NCBI RefSeq assembly: GCF_963921235.1
Contig: NC_086107.1
Location: 113,338,001-113,402,000 of the forward strand
Source: Mobula hypostoma
Lineage: Eukaryota
Length of the DNA: 64,000 bases
Direction: 5' to 3'
A program made the position numbers and the translations under genes. The notes below the pieces were generated by a model, which did no database searches, was not told the origin of the DNA, and worked only from the letters and a program-made list of their open reading frames with translations. Positions within the stretch are counted from its first letter, which is position 1. The number at the start of each line of letters is the position of its first letter. This document shows positions 1 to 12,365 of this stretch, in pieces.

Positions 1-144
1 TCCTGTAGGTAGGTGACCAGAACTGTGTACAATACTCCAAATTATGGTGTATCATTGTCTTACACAACTTCAACATAACATCCCAACACCCATACTCTTC
101 ATCTCTCCACACTCTCTTAGTCTGGGTTCTTCGCCCTTCCTTTT

Positions 145-182
145 CAGTCCTGATGAAGGGTCTCTGCCCTGAAATGTCGACT
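145..182 (+). ncRNA. Minimal type I hammerhead ribozyme motif in a Penelope pLTR repeat
   Basis: CAGUC-CUGAUGA-AGGG-UCUCUG-CCCU-GAAA-UG-UC-GACU: helix I AGUC/GACU, intact core, 4-bp helix II. Confidence 0.65.
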
Positions 183-929
183 CTTTATTCACTTCCATAG
201 ATGCCGCCTGACGTACTGAGTTCGTCCAGCATTTTGTGTGTGTTACCTTTACTCAGCGCCCTGATTAATAAACTCCAACGTGCCAAAAGTTCTCTTTACA
301 ACCATGTCTCCTGTGATGCCACGTTGAAAACATTATTTCCTTCTCCGAAACTACTTCCCTTTCTCCCATTGTCCACTCTCCTCTCCAATCAGACTCCTTC
401 TTCTTCAGCCCTTTATCCTTTTTCCACCAATCACCTCCCAGTTTCTCATGTCATCCTCACTTCCCCTACCCTCCTGGCTTCTCCAGTGTGTACACCTCCT
501 CCTCCTCCCCCTCACCTCCTCCTTCCCCTCACCTCATCTCCTCCTCTGGCTTCTTCACCCTTCCTTTGAGGTCCCATTGGAGAGTCTCGGCCCACTCACC
601 CTTCATTCCTCTCCCTAGAGGCTGCCTGACCTGCTGAGCTCCTCCGGCATTTTGTGGGTGTTGCTCCGGATTTCCAGAGGAATTGCAGATCTGTTTCCCA
701 GATCCCTTTGTGGTACTACACATCCGTTGTCAGGGAGAAACGTGAAAACTCCACTGAGGCAGCATCAGAGGTCAGGACTGAACCTGGGTCACTGGTGCTG
801 TGGGGTGTCACCCTTACCAGCACCGCCCCGCCGTGATGCGTCAGCTGGCAGCTCTCTCTCTCTACATATGTTCACTCCTTCTCTCTTTCCCTCTTTCCCC
901 CTCTCTGTCTGGTAATCACACCTATGAGA

Positions 930-1375
930 GCAACACGCACAAAATGCTGGAGGAGCTCAGCAGGTCAGGCAGCACCAGTGGAAATGAATCAACAGTCAAC
1001 GGTTCAGGCTGGGCTCTTCATCAGGACTGAAAAGAAAGGGGGTAGGTGGCAGAATGAAAAGGTGGGGAGCGGGGAAGAAGACAGGTGAAGTCAGGTGGTT
1101 GTGAAAGGCAAAGGGCTGGAGAGGAAGGCATATAATAGGCGAGGAGGAGAAAGGGAAGGAGGATGGGGCACCTGGGGAGGTGATAGGCAGATGAGGAGAA
1201 GAAGTAAGAGGCCAGAGTGGGGAATAGAAGAAGAGGGGAGGTGAAGAAAAAATTCGGAAGGAGAAGTCAATGTTCATGCCATCAGGTTGGAGGCTGCCCA
1301 GACAGAATATAAGGTGTTGCTCCTCCACCCTGAGAGAGGCTTCATTGTTGGACTGGGAATTGGCCCACAGGAAAT
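930..1375 (-). mobile_element. Neptune-type Penelope-like element 3' fragment
   Basis: GIY-YIG C-terminal remnant [28 protein letters not shown], then a pyrimidine tract and pLTR repeat. Confidence 0.7.
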
Positions 1376-2991
1376 TCACAGGGCATGTTTCTGCACTGTA
1401 TGTTGCATGAAGGCCACTGAGTGTATGTTGGTCTTCTGCTGCCGTAGCCCATCCACTTTAAAATTCGACACGTTGTGTGTTAAAGGGCATCTCTAAGCAC
1501 ATGTCTGTTGTCACCTTCCTGTCATCTTCAACCAGTCTGGCCATTCTCCTCTGATCTCTCTCATTTACAAGGTGTTTCCACCCACAGAGCTGCCACTCAC
1601 TGGATGTTTTTTGCTTTTTTTGCACCATTCTCTGTAAACCCTATAGAGACTGTTGTGCATGAAAACCCCAGGAGATCAGCAGTTTCTGAGATACTCTGAC
1701 CACCCTATCTGGCACCAACAATCATTCCACGGTCAAAGCCACTTAAATCACATTTCTTCCCCATTCTGATGTTTGGCCTGAACAACAACTGAACCTCTTG
1801 ATCATGTCTGCATATTTTTTGAGCATTAAGCCGCTGCCATGTGATTGGCTGATTAGATATTTGCATTAAGAAGGAGTGCAGGTGTACCTAATAAAGTGGC
1901 CACTGACTGTACAGTACTGTGCAAAAGTCTTAAGCATGTATATAAATGATATCGTATCTGTTAAATAGGGGCAGTGGATATTTCTGATTTGATGGAGAAT
2001 AGACGAGAAAGCACAGAGGAACATCTGGAGAAATTTCTGAAACGCCTGTTCGCTGCTGTCGTTACTGTGTGGTTGGGAATCTTTCGGAGGGTAGGCCTCA
2101 AAATCCCCGGCCTTGCCTGCTATTGGCGACTGAGAAGGAGGTCGAATCGTTTGGACAGAGATGGCGTTCAGTATTCGGTGTCGGAGAGCTGATCAGAGCT
2201 CGAAGTTTTCGGATGACTCAGAGTCGGACTGTGGTCGGGTATGGCAGGGAGAGTTTTTCTTTCTTCTCCCGTCTGCGTCAGATGTGGGACATTTAAGAGA
2301 CTTTGAACTTTACTGCTCTCATGGACTTCTTCATCAAATTATGGTATTGTTGCACTGTTGTAACTATATATTATAATTATGTGGCTTTGTCAGTTTTTCC
2401 AGTCTTGGTCTGTCCTGTGTTTTGTGATATCACACCGGAGGAAATAATGTATAATTTCTTAATGCATGTACTACTAAATGACAATAAAAGAGGACTACGT
2501 GTCTTCATAATCTAAATATAGCTAGGAGCTAAGAGTTTTACACAGTCCTGTAGTAATTTTATGTATTGTACTGTACTACTGCCACAAAAAAACAAATTTC
2601 CTGACATGTGAGTGATGATAAACCTGATTCTGATATGGATCTCTATTGTGGACAGAGAGTGGGAAGGGGCAGGGAGAGGGGAATCATGGTTGGGAAAAGG
2701 GGAAGGGAGAGGGGAGGGAGCGGGAAGCACCAGAGAGACATTTTGTGTTGATCAATAAACCAATTATTTGGAATCAAATGACCTTGCCCGGTGTCTCAGG
2801 GCTGGGGGTGTCTGCACCCACGCCACCCCCTGCCCCTGGCTCTCCTCCTCTGCCATCTGTCCCACATCTTCCCCACAGGGCTCTACCCTCACCATTCCCA
2901 ACATCCTTTGCTCCCGCCAGATTAGCAAACTGGCTCTCCACCCTACGTTGACAAATACAGTAGTGTGCAAAGCTCGTAGACACTCTGGGAT

Positions 2992-3300
2992 TAAGGCATC
3001 TGTTAGTCTTGCGAGACCATGGATCTGCGCCTGGAAAGTCTTCACTCTCCAGGGCGCAGGCCTGGGCAAGGTTGTATGGAAGACCAGCAACTGCCCATGC
3101 TGCAAGTCTCCCCTCTCCACGACACCGATGTTGTCCAAGGGAAGGGCATTAGGACCCAGACAGCTTGGCACCGGTGTCGTCGCAGAGCAATGTGTGATTA
3201 AGTGCCTTGCTCAAGGACACAACACATTCCCTCGGCTGGGGCTCGAACTCATGATCTTCAGGTTGCTAGTCCAATGCCTTAACCACTTGGCCACGTGCCC
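2992..3300 (-). mobile_element. tRNA-derived SINE with a CORE-like centre and probable RTE-type tail
   Basis: Head gggcacgtggccaagtggttaagg (A box), gagttcgagccc (B box), then tgtgtccttgagcaaggcactt. Confidence 0.7.
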
Positions 3301-4318
3301 ACACGCTATATCTCTAAGACTTTTGCACTGTACTGTACATAGGGCTTTCAACATTGCAAAATGGCTGAAGGTGTTTGACAGGCAAGTTACCAAACAAAAG
3401 GTGGCACCAAGCTATAAAAACAAACGGGTCAAAGTTCGAAAAGAGGTGTGTGTCAACGAGGAGGGAGTAGGGATGGGTAGGGAGGTAGGAAACCTTGAGG
3501 GTGGGAGGACTGGAGGAGGAATTCTTGCTGAAGAGATATGCAGACGAGCATTTGAATCATCAAGGCACTGGGCACTGGACCAAGAACCGGTGGATGTGAC
3601 CATGTGGGCAGATACTTTGTGGTCTTAACGGATGTGCTGTTCCAAAGGGATTCTTCCCTAAACTCACTGGCTTTAGGAGCTTGTTGAGGAAATGTCAGAG
3701 ATTAGCAACTGGTCAGCAGAATGTCGACTGCTGGCAGATTACACTCAGAGGGACAAAATGACATGACGTTTGGTGGAGTGGGGCCAAGGAAGGACCGGGA
3801 GCCATTAAATGACGCTGTAATGGCGTTGCCAGTGGCTGTGTAGCATGGTGTCCGTGCTCGGGTTGGGGGCTAGCCACTCCTGGCAGTGCTGCTCTCCGCT
3901 GTTCGACCGGTGGAATGACAGGCTGGATTGCCGGGAGCTGTACCATCAACCTCATGTCGCTCAGGGTCTGGGATTGTACACGAGTTCTCTTGCGTAACAA
4001 TGTGTGTGCGCTTTTTTTAATCTCTCGCTGATGTGAATGTATGTTGTGCACCTTGGCCCCACAGGAACGCTGACTCATTTGACTGTATCCACGTATAGTC
4101 TGAATGATAACTAAACTTGACTTGGTTATGCTCGCCACTTGGCAAACGAGAAGGAAAATGGGGTAAACACGAGTGATAATCATGCCTCATCTCTGCAATC
4201 ATTTCACATCTCATCTTTCACTCTCTTCCTGTGACACTGGAGACGCCGGCGTGGCCAATTTCAACAGCGTGCCCAGCACGGCCCTGTGCCAGCATGGCAC
4301 GGGAACCACGTCACTCAC

Positions 4319-4590
4319 CTTTTTCCTCGGTCGCTCCCCAGCCCGTGACCCAGCACAGCTGGCCTGCTTCGAAGACGTGCGTCGTGGCAGGGAGGCAGAT
4401 CGGGCAGATGGTTGGCGCGAGGGGCACGGGCTGGTCTAACTTGAGGAGGGCCACGTCGTTGCTGGATGTTTCTCCATCATAGTAAGGGTGGACAATGATT
4501 CTCTGTACCTTGAAGCTGAGTTCGTTACTGCCCACGGTGCTTAACTTGAACTTGCCAAGATAGACCGTCCAAAACTCTGGTGGTGCATAA
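4319..4590 (-). CDS. TMPRSS6: TMPRSS6 exon (about exon 16), catalytic Asp
   Basis: 272 nt; WTVYLGK...[22 protein letters not shown]...PICLP...[12 protein letters not shown]; acceptor ccccttgcag, donor G|gtgagt. Confidence 0.94.
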
Positions 4591-7500
4591 CTGCAAGGGG
4601 AGGTGGAGGAGGAGTCTAGATCATAAAACACTTCAGCACAGTACAGGCCTTTGTTCCAATCACTTAATCTACTCCAAGATCAATCCAACTCTTTCTTCCA
4701 TGGTCTTCTACCATCTCCTATCAGATTCCCCCTTCTCCAGCCCTTTATCTCTGTCACCAATCAACTTCCCAGCTCTTTACCTCACCCCTGGTTCCACCTA
4801 TCACCTACCATCTCGTACTTCTTCCTCCCCCTCCTCCCATCTTCTTGCTCTGACTTCTCATCTTTGTTTTCCCAGCCCAGATGAAGGGCCTCAGCCCAAA
4901 ACATTGATTCTTTACTCTTTTCCATAGATGCTGCCTGGCTGCTGAGTTCCTCCAGCACTTTCTGTGTGTTGTTCGGATTTCTTGTGTCTGCAGATTTTCT
5001 CGTTTCGATGTAATCCTTCCCTCCTTCATTGCCCTCCATTTTTCTTCCATCCACGTGCCAATCTAAAAGTTTCTTAAGTGTCCCTAATGTATCTGCCTCT
5101 ACCACCACCCCTGGCAGTGCGTTCCACGCACTCACCATTCTCTGTGTAACAATACTACCTCTGACCTCCCCCCTATACTTTCCTGCAATCGTCTTATTAC
5201 TATGGCCTCCTTGTATTAGCTATTTCCACCCTGGAAACCGTCTCTGGTTGTCAACTCTCTCTATGCCTGTTATCATCTTATTCACCTCTATCAAGTCACT
5301 TCTCATTCTCCTTCATTCTACAGAGAAAACCTTGAGCTCCATCAACCAATCTTCAAAAGACTTGCAACACACATCAAAGTTGCTGGTGAATGCAGCAGGC
5401 CGGGCAGCATCTCTAGGAAGAGGTACAGTCGACGTTTCAGGCCGAGACCCTTCGTCAGGACTAGTAAGGGTCTCGGCCTGAAACGTCGACTGTACCTCTT
5501 CCTAGAGATGCTGCCTGGCCTGCTGCGTTCACCAGCAACTTTGATGTGTGTTGCTTGAATTTCCAGCATCTGCAGAATTCCTGTTGTTTGCGTTCAAAAG
5601 ACCTGTCTTCTAGTTCCGGCAGCATCCTGGTAAATCTCCTCTGCACCCTCTCTAAAGCTTCCACGTCCTTCCAATAATGAGATGACCAGAACTGAACACA
5701 ATGCTCCAAGTGTGGTCTAACAAGAGTCTTACAGTCACAACATTACCTCATGGCTCTCAAGCTCAATCCCCTGTGATGGCAATCACCATTTGCATTCTTA
5801 ATCCCTCTATCAACTTGCAAAGCATCTCTGAGGGATTAACGGATGTGGACCAGAAGACCCCCTGTTTCTGCTATGAATCCTTCCATTAACCCAGCACTTT
5901 GCCTTCAATCTTGACCTTTCAAATCCAATTGTAATCAGAGCCTGAAGATTCACTGGAATGATTCCGGGAATGAGAGGGTTAACATATGAGGAACGTTTGT
6001 CTGCTCTTGGACTGTATTCCTTGGAGTTTAGAAGAATGAGGGGAGACCTCATAGAAACATTTCGAATGTTGAAAGGCATGGACAGAGTGGATGTGGCAAA
6101 GTTGTTTCTCATGATGGGGGAGTCTAGTACGAGAGGGCATGACTTCAGGATTGAAGAGCGCCCATTCAGAACATAGATGCGAAGAAAATTTTTTTAGCCA
6201 GAGGGTGGTGAATCTATGGAATTTGTTGCCACGGGCGGCAGTGGAGGCCAAGTCATTGGGCGTATTTAAGGCAGAGATTAATAGGTATCTGAGTAGCCAG
6301 GGCATCAAAGGTTATGGTGAGAAGGCGGGGGAGTGGGACTAAATGGGAGAATGGATCAGCTCATGATAAAATGGCAGAGCAGACTCGATGGGCCGAATGG
6401 CTGACTTCTGCTCCTTTGTCTTATGGTCTTCATAGTGGTTTGATCCTGGACTGGACGCCAGGAGCCTCTGAGGGGGGAGCTGGAGGGTGTTGTAAGGGGG
6501 TAACACGAGGTGAGGTTGATAGAAGAGTTTGACGTTGATCAGTTCTGCACATCTATGCTCACATCAGTCTACTGATGCGCAGTAGAGAGTACCCTGACAG
6601 GTTGCATCACTGTATGGTATGGAAACTGCACGGCAGTGGACAGGAAGGTCCCACAGCAGGTAATGAAAACTGCCCAGTGTATCACTGGCACCAGCCTACC
6701 CCCAGTCAAGGACATATATACAGAAAGGTGCTGGAAAAGGGCCAGCAACGTCATGAAGGGTCCCACACACCCTGCTCACTGACTGTTTGTCCCACTCCCA
6801 TCAGGGACGATGCTACGTAGCACCCACAGCAAGACCACCAGACGCACAAGCCGTTCCTTTCCCCAAGCAGTAAGGCCGATCAACACCAAATGACATGAAA
6901 TAGTTTTGAATCTTGGATCTACCTGCCGGGGAAGCAGTGGGCTGCGGACAGCACCCAGTGTTCATTGATCAGCATCCCTCCGCAGACGTGCTGGCCGTAG
7001 ATCTGCAGGCTCGCTTGCCAAGGCCACTCCCCCTCCGTTGAATTGGTCCCGCCAACAATTCGGCTCTTGCTCATCTGAAGGCCGCATTCTGAAGAACGAG
7101 GAAGCCACTTGTTAATTGGGATCAGAATCGGGTTTTTTGTCACTGATGCATGTCGTGAGATTTGTTGTTTTGCTGAAGCAGTACAGTGCAATACAAAGCT
7201 TCAATAAGAACCTGTTAACCAAAATCGTGCCAGTAGAGATCAAAACAGCAAGGCAGTGTTCATGGACCATTCAGAAACCAGGGCGTGTCCTCTTCTCATC
7301 ACTACCATCAGGGAGAGAGTACAGCAGCCTAAAGACACACACTCAGGAACAGCTTCTGCCCCCCTGCCATCAGATTTGAATGGACAATGAACCCATGAAC
7401 ACTACCTCACTAATGTTTTATCCCTTTCTGTCAATACTAATTATTTAATTTCATTTTTATTTACATTGTTAGAGTGATTTTTGGGTTTACGACAGAAACT

Positions 7501-10500
7501 GACTTTGGTTACTGGTCTTCCCATCTGAAAGTGTATTGTGCATTTAATTTGGAGTGCAGCTCTGAACAACAGTTTGCTAAAAGCTGTGAATCCCGGTCCA
7601 GGCAATGCTGATTAAAATTCATTTGGATGTCTGTGGTGTGGCTGTGAAGGTTGTATGTAGTTTCAAAGAAAGCATTGTCCATACATTGTAAGTATGGAAT
7701 TGTCCTTTGATGTTTGGCACATAAAATATGGAGCCCCATGATGGGTTAGCAGACCTTTCCATCAAAAGTGTCTCCATATGATACCTGCTGTACTTTGTTT
7801 CGTTGATTGAAAATACGGCTTTGTATCTACCAGTGAGAAAGCCTACAGGTGCTGGAAATCCAAAACGGCAAACACAACAAAATGCTGGAGGAATGCAGCA
7901 GGCAACATCTATGGAAATGAATATAGTGCCTACAAAAAGTATTCGTCCCCTTTGGAAGTTTCCATGTTTTATTGTTTTACAACATTGAATCACAATTGGT
8001 TTAATTTGGTGTTTTAGACACTGATCAACAGAAAAATATTCTTTCGCGTCAAAGTGAAAACAGATCTCTACAAAGTGATCTAAATTAATTACAAATATAA
8101 AACACAAGATAATTGATTGCATAAATATTCACCCCCTTTAATCATAGCAAATAATCACTAGTGCAGTCAATTGGTTTTAGAAGTCACATAATTGGTTAAA
8201 TGGAGATCACCATGTGCAGTTAAGGTGTTTCAATTGATTGCAGTAAAAATACACCTATATTTGGAAGGCCCAGCTGCTGGTGAGTCAATATCCTACACCT
8301 CGAAGATAAAAGAACACTCCAAACAACACCGCGAAAAGGTTGTTGAAAAACACAAGTCAGGAGATGGATATAAGAAAATGTCCAAGTCACTGAATATCCC
8401 TTAGAGTACTGTTAAGTCAATCATCAAGAAATGGAAAGAATATGGCACAGCTGTAAATCTGCCCAGAGCAGGCCATCCTCAAAAACTGAGTGACCGTGCA
8501 AGAAGGGGACCGGTGAGGGAGGCCACCAAGAGACCTATGACACCTCTGGAGGAGTTACAAGCTTCAGTGGCTGACATGGGAGAGACTGCACATACAACTG
8601 TTGCCCGGGTGCTTCATCACTCGCAGCTTTATGGGGGAGAGTGACAAAGAGAAAGCCACTGTTGAAAAAGAACTCCTGTGAAATCTCAGCTAGAGTCTGC
8701 CAGAAGGCATGTGAGAGACTCTGAAGTCAGCTGGAAGAAGATTCCACGATCTGATGAAATCAAAATTGAGTTTTTTTGGCCATCAGATTAAACACTATAT
8801 CTGGCATAAACCAAAGACCACACATCATCAAAAACATAACATCCCCATTGTGAAGCACGGTGGTGACTGCATCATGCTGTGGGATGCTTCATTGCAGCAG
8901 GCCCTGGAAGGCTTGTGAATGCAGCAAAATACAGGGAAATCCTGGAGAAAATCACGATGCAGTCTGCAAGAGAACTGTGACTTGGGAGATTTGTTTTCCA
9001 GCAAGACATAAAGCATAGAGCCAAAGCTACACAGGAATGGCTTAAAAACAACAAATTAATGTCCTGGAATGGCCAAGTCAGAGTCCAGACCTCAATCCAC
9101 TTGAGATTTTTTGGCTGGATTGAAAAGGGTTGTTCACTCACGATCCCCATGCAATCTGACAGAGCTTGAGCAGTTTTGTAAAGAATGGGGAAAAGTTACA
9201 ACATCCGGATGTGCAAAGCTGATAGAGACCTATCCACACAGACTCAAGGCTGTAATTGCTGCCAAAGGTGCATCTACTAAATACTGACTTGAAGGGGGTG
9301 AGTAATTATGAACCTACTATTTTGAGTTTAATAATTGTACTACTTTCAGACCAATTGGTAGAAATTGTTTTCACTCTGACACAAAAGAGACTTTTCTGTT
9401 GATCAGTGTCAAAAAATGCAAAATTAAATTCGCTGCGATTCAATGTTATAAAACAATAAAACATGAAAACTTCCGGGAGTGGGGGGAGGGGTAGTGAAGA
9501 CTTTTTATAGGCACCATGGGTAGTCGATGTTTCAGTCGCTGGTCACTCTCCGCAGCCCACTGCTTCCCCAGCGGGTAGATCCAGGATTCAAGGCTCATGA
9601 TGAAAGGTCTCGGCCCCAAATACTGGCCATTTAGTCCCTCTCCGTAGTTGCTGAGATCCCTTCGCCACCCTGTGTGCGCTACTATGGACCTCCAGCATCT
9701 GCTGAGTCGCTCGTGTTGGTGAAATCTTTGGTTAGATTCAAAAGGGCATAATTTTCCAGTGAAACAATATGTATTCAGGATGTTCCAACCTTACTGCAGA
9801 TAAGCAAGTGCAGCAATCAATCAAATGTGTTCCCAAATTATATTTTCTATTTAAAGTCAGTATAGTCAAATTAGAAACAGGAGAATGCTGGAAATCCAGA
9901 GCACCACACACAGAAGGCTGGAGCAACTCAGCGGGTCAGACAGCATCTATGGAAATGAATAAACAGCTGACATTCCAGGCTAGGACTGGAAGACATCAAA
10001 ATAATAATGTTGTTGGGGGGGAGAGGGGAAGGAGGCCCGATAGAAGGTGAAAGGTGAAGTCAAGTGGGCGGGAAAGGTCAAGGGCTGGAGATAAGGAATC
10101 TGATAGGAGAGGAACGTGGAAGGAGGAGGGAATGCATGGGGAGGTAATAGGCAGATGAGAAGAGGTAAAAGGCCAGAGTGCAGAATACAGGAAGCGGGGC
10201 GGAATTAGTTTACTTTAGGTTTAGAAGATGATGAGGGACGTTGATCGTGTGGGTAGCCAGAGGCTTTTCCCCAGGGCTGAAATGGCTAACACGAAGGGGC
10301 ATAGTGTTAAGGTGCTTGGAAACAGGTACTGAGGGGATGTCAGGGGTATGTTTTTCAGAGGGTGGTGGGTGCGTGGAATATAGGGTTTTTTAAGAACCTC
10401 TAAGATAAGAAAATGGAGCTTAGAAAAATAGTGGGCTGTGCGCTAGGGAAATTCTAGGCAGTTTCTAGAGTAGGTCACATGGTTGGCACAACATTGTGGG

Positions 10501-11668
10501 CCGAAGGGCCTGTAATGTGCTGTAGATATATATGTTCTATGTTCTATGGATGGAGAAATCAATATTCATGCCATCAGGTTGGAGGCTACCGAGACGGAAT
10601 ATAAGGTGTTGCTCCTCCACCCTGAGGGTGGCCTCATCTTGGCACAAGAGGAGGCCGTGGATCGACATGTCGGAATGGGAATTAAAATGTTCGGCCACTG
10701 GGAAGTCCCTCTTGTGGCGGACGGTGCGGAGGTGCTCGATGAAGCGCCCCCCCCCCCGCAAATTTACGTGGGTCTTATCAATGTAGAAGAGGCCGGATTG
10801 GGAGCACTGAACACAATGGACGACCCCAGCAGATCCACAGGTGAAGTCTTGCCTCACCTGGAAGGGCTGCCTGGGGGTCTGAATGGAAGTGAGGGGGGAG
10901 GTGAATGGGCAGGTATAACTCTTCGGTTGCTTGCGGAGATAATTGCTGGGAGAAAAATTAGTGGGGGAAGGACTTACTGTAATTTATAGTTTTTATCATT
11001 ACAAATTGCAATGTACGGCCGCCACAAAACAATAAATTTCACGACATATGCCAGTGATACTAAATCTGATTCTGATTCAGAAATCGGAAGGCAGAGGGGA
11101 AAAAGCTGTTACTGAATTGTTGACTGAGTGTCTTCAGGCTCCTGTACCTCCTCCCTGATGGTAGCAATGAAAAGAGGGCACGTCCTGGGTGATGTATCAC
11201 CCCTCGCTGACACCCCCACCCACCCTGCCCAGACCTCAGAGGAACGGAGGGAAAAGGGAAACCTTGGACATGTCTGTTGCTGGCTTCATGGACCTAACCG
11301 GTATGGCTTTAGTTCGTGGGCTGTTTCCCTGCATCCGGTCTCTCTGTCTGTTTGTTCCCACGGCCGGTGGAGATTACTCACAGCACGGTCCTTACCACAG
11401 TTCCTCTCGTCACTGCCATCCTCACAGTCCCTCTCATAGTCACATTGAGGGTTTGCCTTCTTCACACAGGAGCCATCGTCGCACTTGTAGGTGAACAGGC
11501 TACATGGTACGGCTACAGGTGGAGCAGTCAATGACAATTTGTTAGATAGCACTCTCTCACACACACTCACACACTCACACACACACACACCTCTCACACA
11601 CACACATTCACTCACACGCTCATACACACACACTCACACACACACACTCACACACACACACACACACA

Positions 11669-11721
<53 letters not shown>

Positions 11722-12264
11722 TATATATACAGACATCCCACCCTGCAAAAACTCATTTCGGGGAGGTAGCAGCATCAATTTCCGGGAGAGGTGGGATGTC
11801 TGCAATAGAGTAGCTCCTGAGCAGTTAGCCAGCTAGTTTAAATAACGTTAGCTATGCTAATGAACGAATGACACCTGTTAAACTCACCTCAACACGTCTT
11901 TTACAGTCTTAACCCACCATGGGCAATAGAAAAGTCACTGTTGCAAACAGTGCAGCGAGCAACACTGTCATTATTTTTGACCCCTATTAGGCAGGGGTAC
12001 ACTTTAGTGTAGTCTGGGGTAACGTACATTTCATATTTTCTTTTTCTGAAACACTCTCGCTCTTGCTCTTGCTCTCACTCGCGCTTGCTTTCTTGCGCTT
12101 GCTCTCTCGCTCTTTCTCGTGCATTCTCTCACGCTCGCTCTCAAAAAATTCAATTGCCGGGACATTGTATATAATTTGCGGGCATCAGGGAACCACTATT
12201 AATATGCAGGAGACTCCCGGAACTTCCGGGAGAGGTGGGATGTCTGTGTGTGTGTGTATGTATG

Positions 12265-12296
<32 letters not shown>

Positions 12297-12321
12297 CAGA
12301 CACACACACACACAGGCACAG

Positions 12322-12365
<44 letters not shown>

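Noticed and set aside
3230..3300. tRNA-like sequence
   Set aside because: It is a SINE head continuing into CORE-like and tail sequence, with no proper acceptor stem or terminator.
2768..3628. 286-aa + strand ORF
   Set aside because: It runs across an interspersed repeat and an antisense SINE and has no recognisable domain; a chance ORF.
1..4318. Search for the last two protease exons (LQK...DACQ and GDSGGPL)
   Set aside because: No such motifs found on the minus strand. They are presumed to lie beyond the window edge, so this is not evidence of pseudogenisation.
9537..9591. Exon of a second, + strand protease gene
   Set aside because: Only 38 coding nt are present, with no acceptor or other + strand exons, and the intron bases match this gene's own intron.
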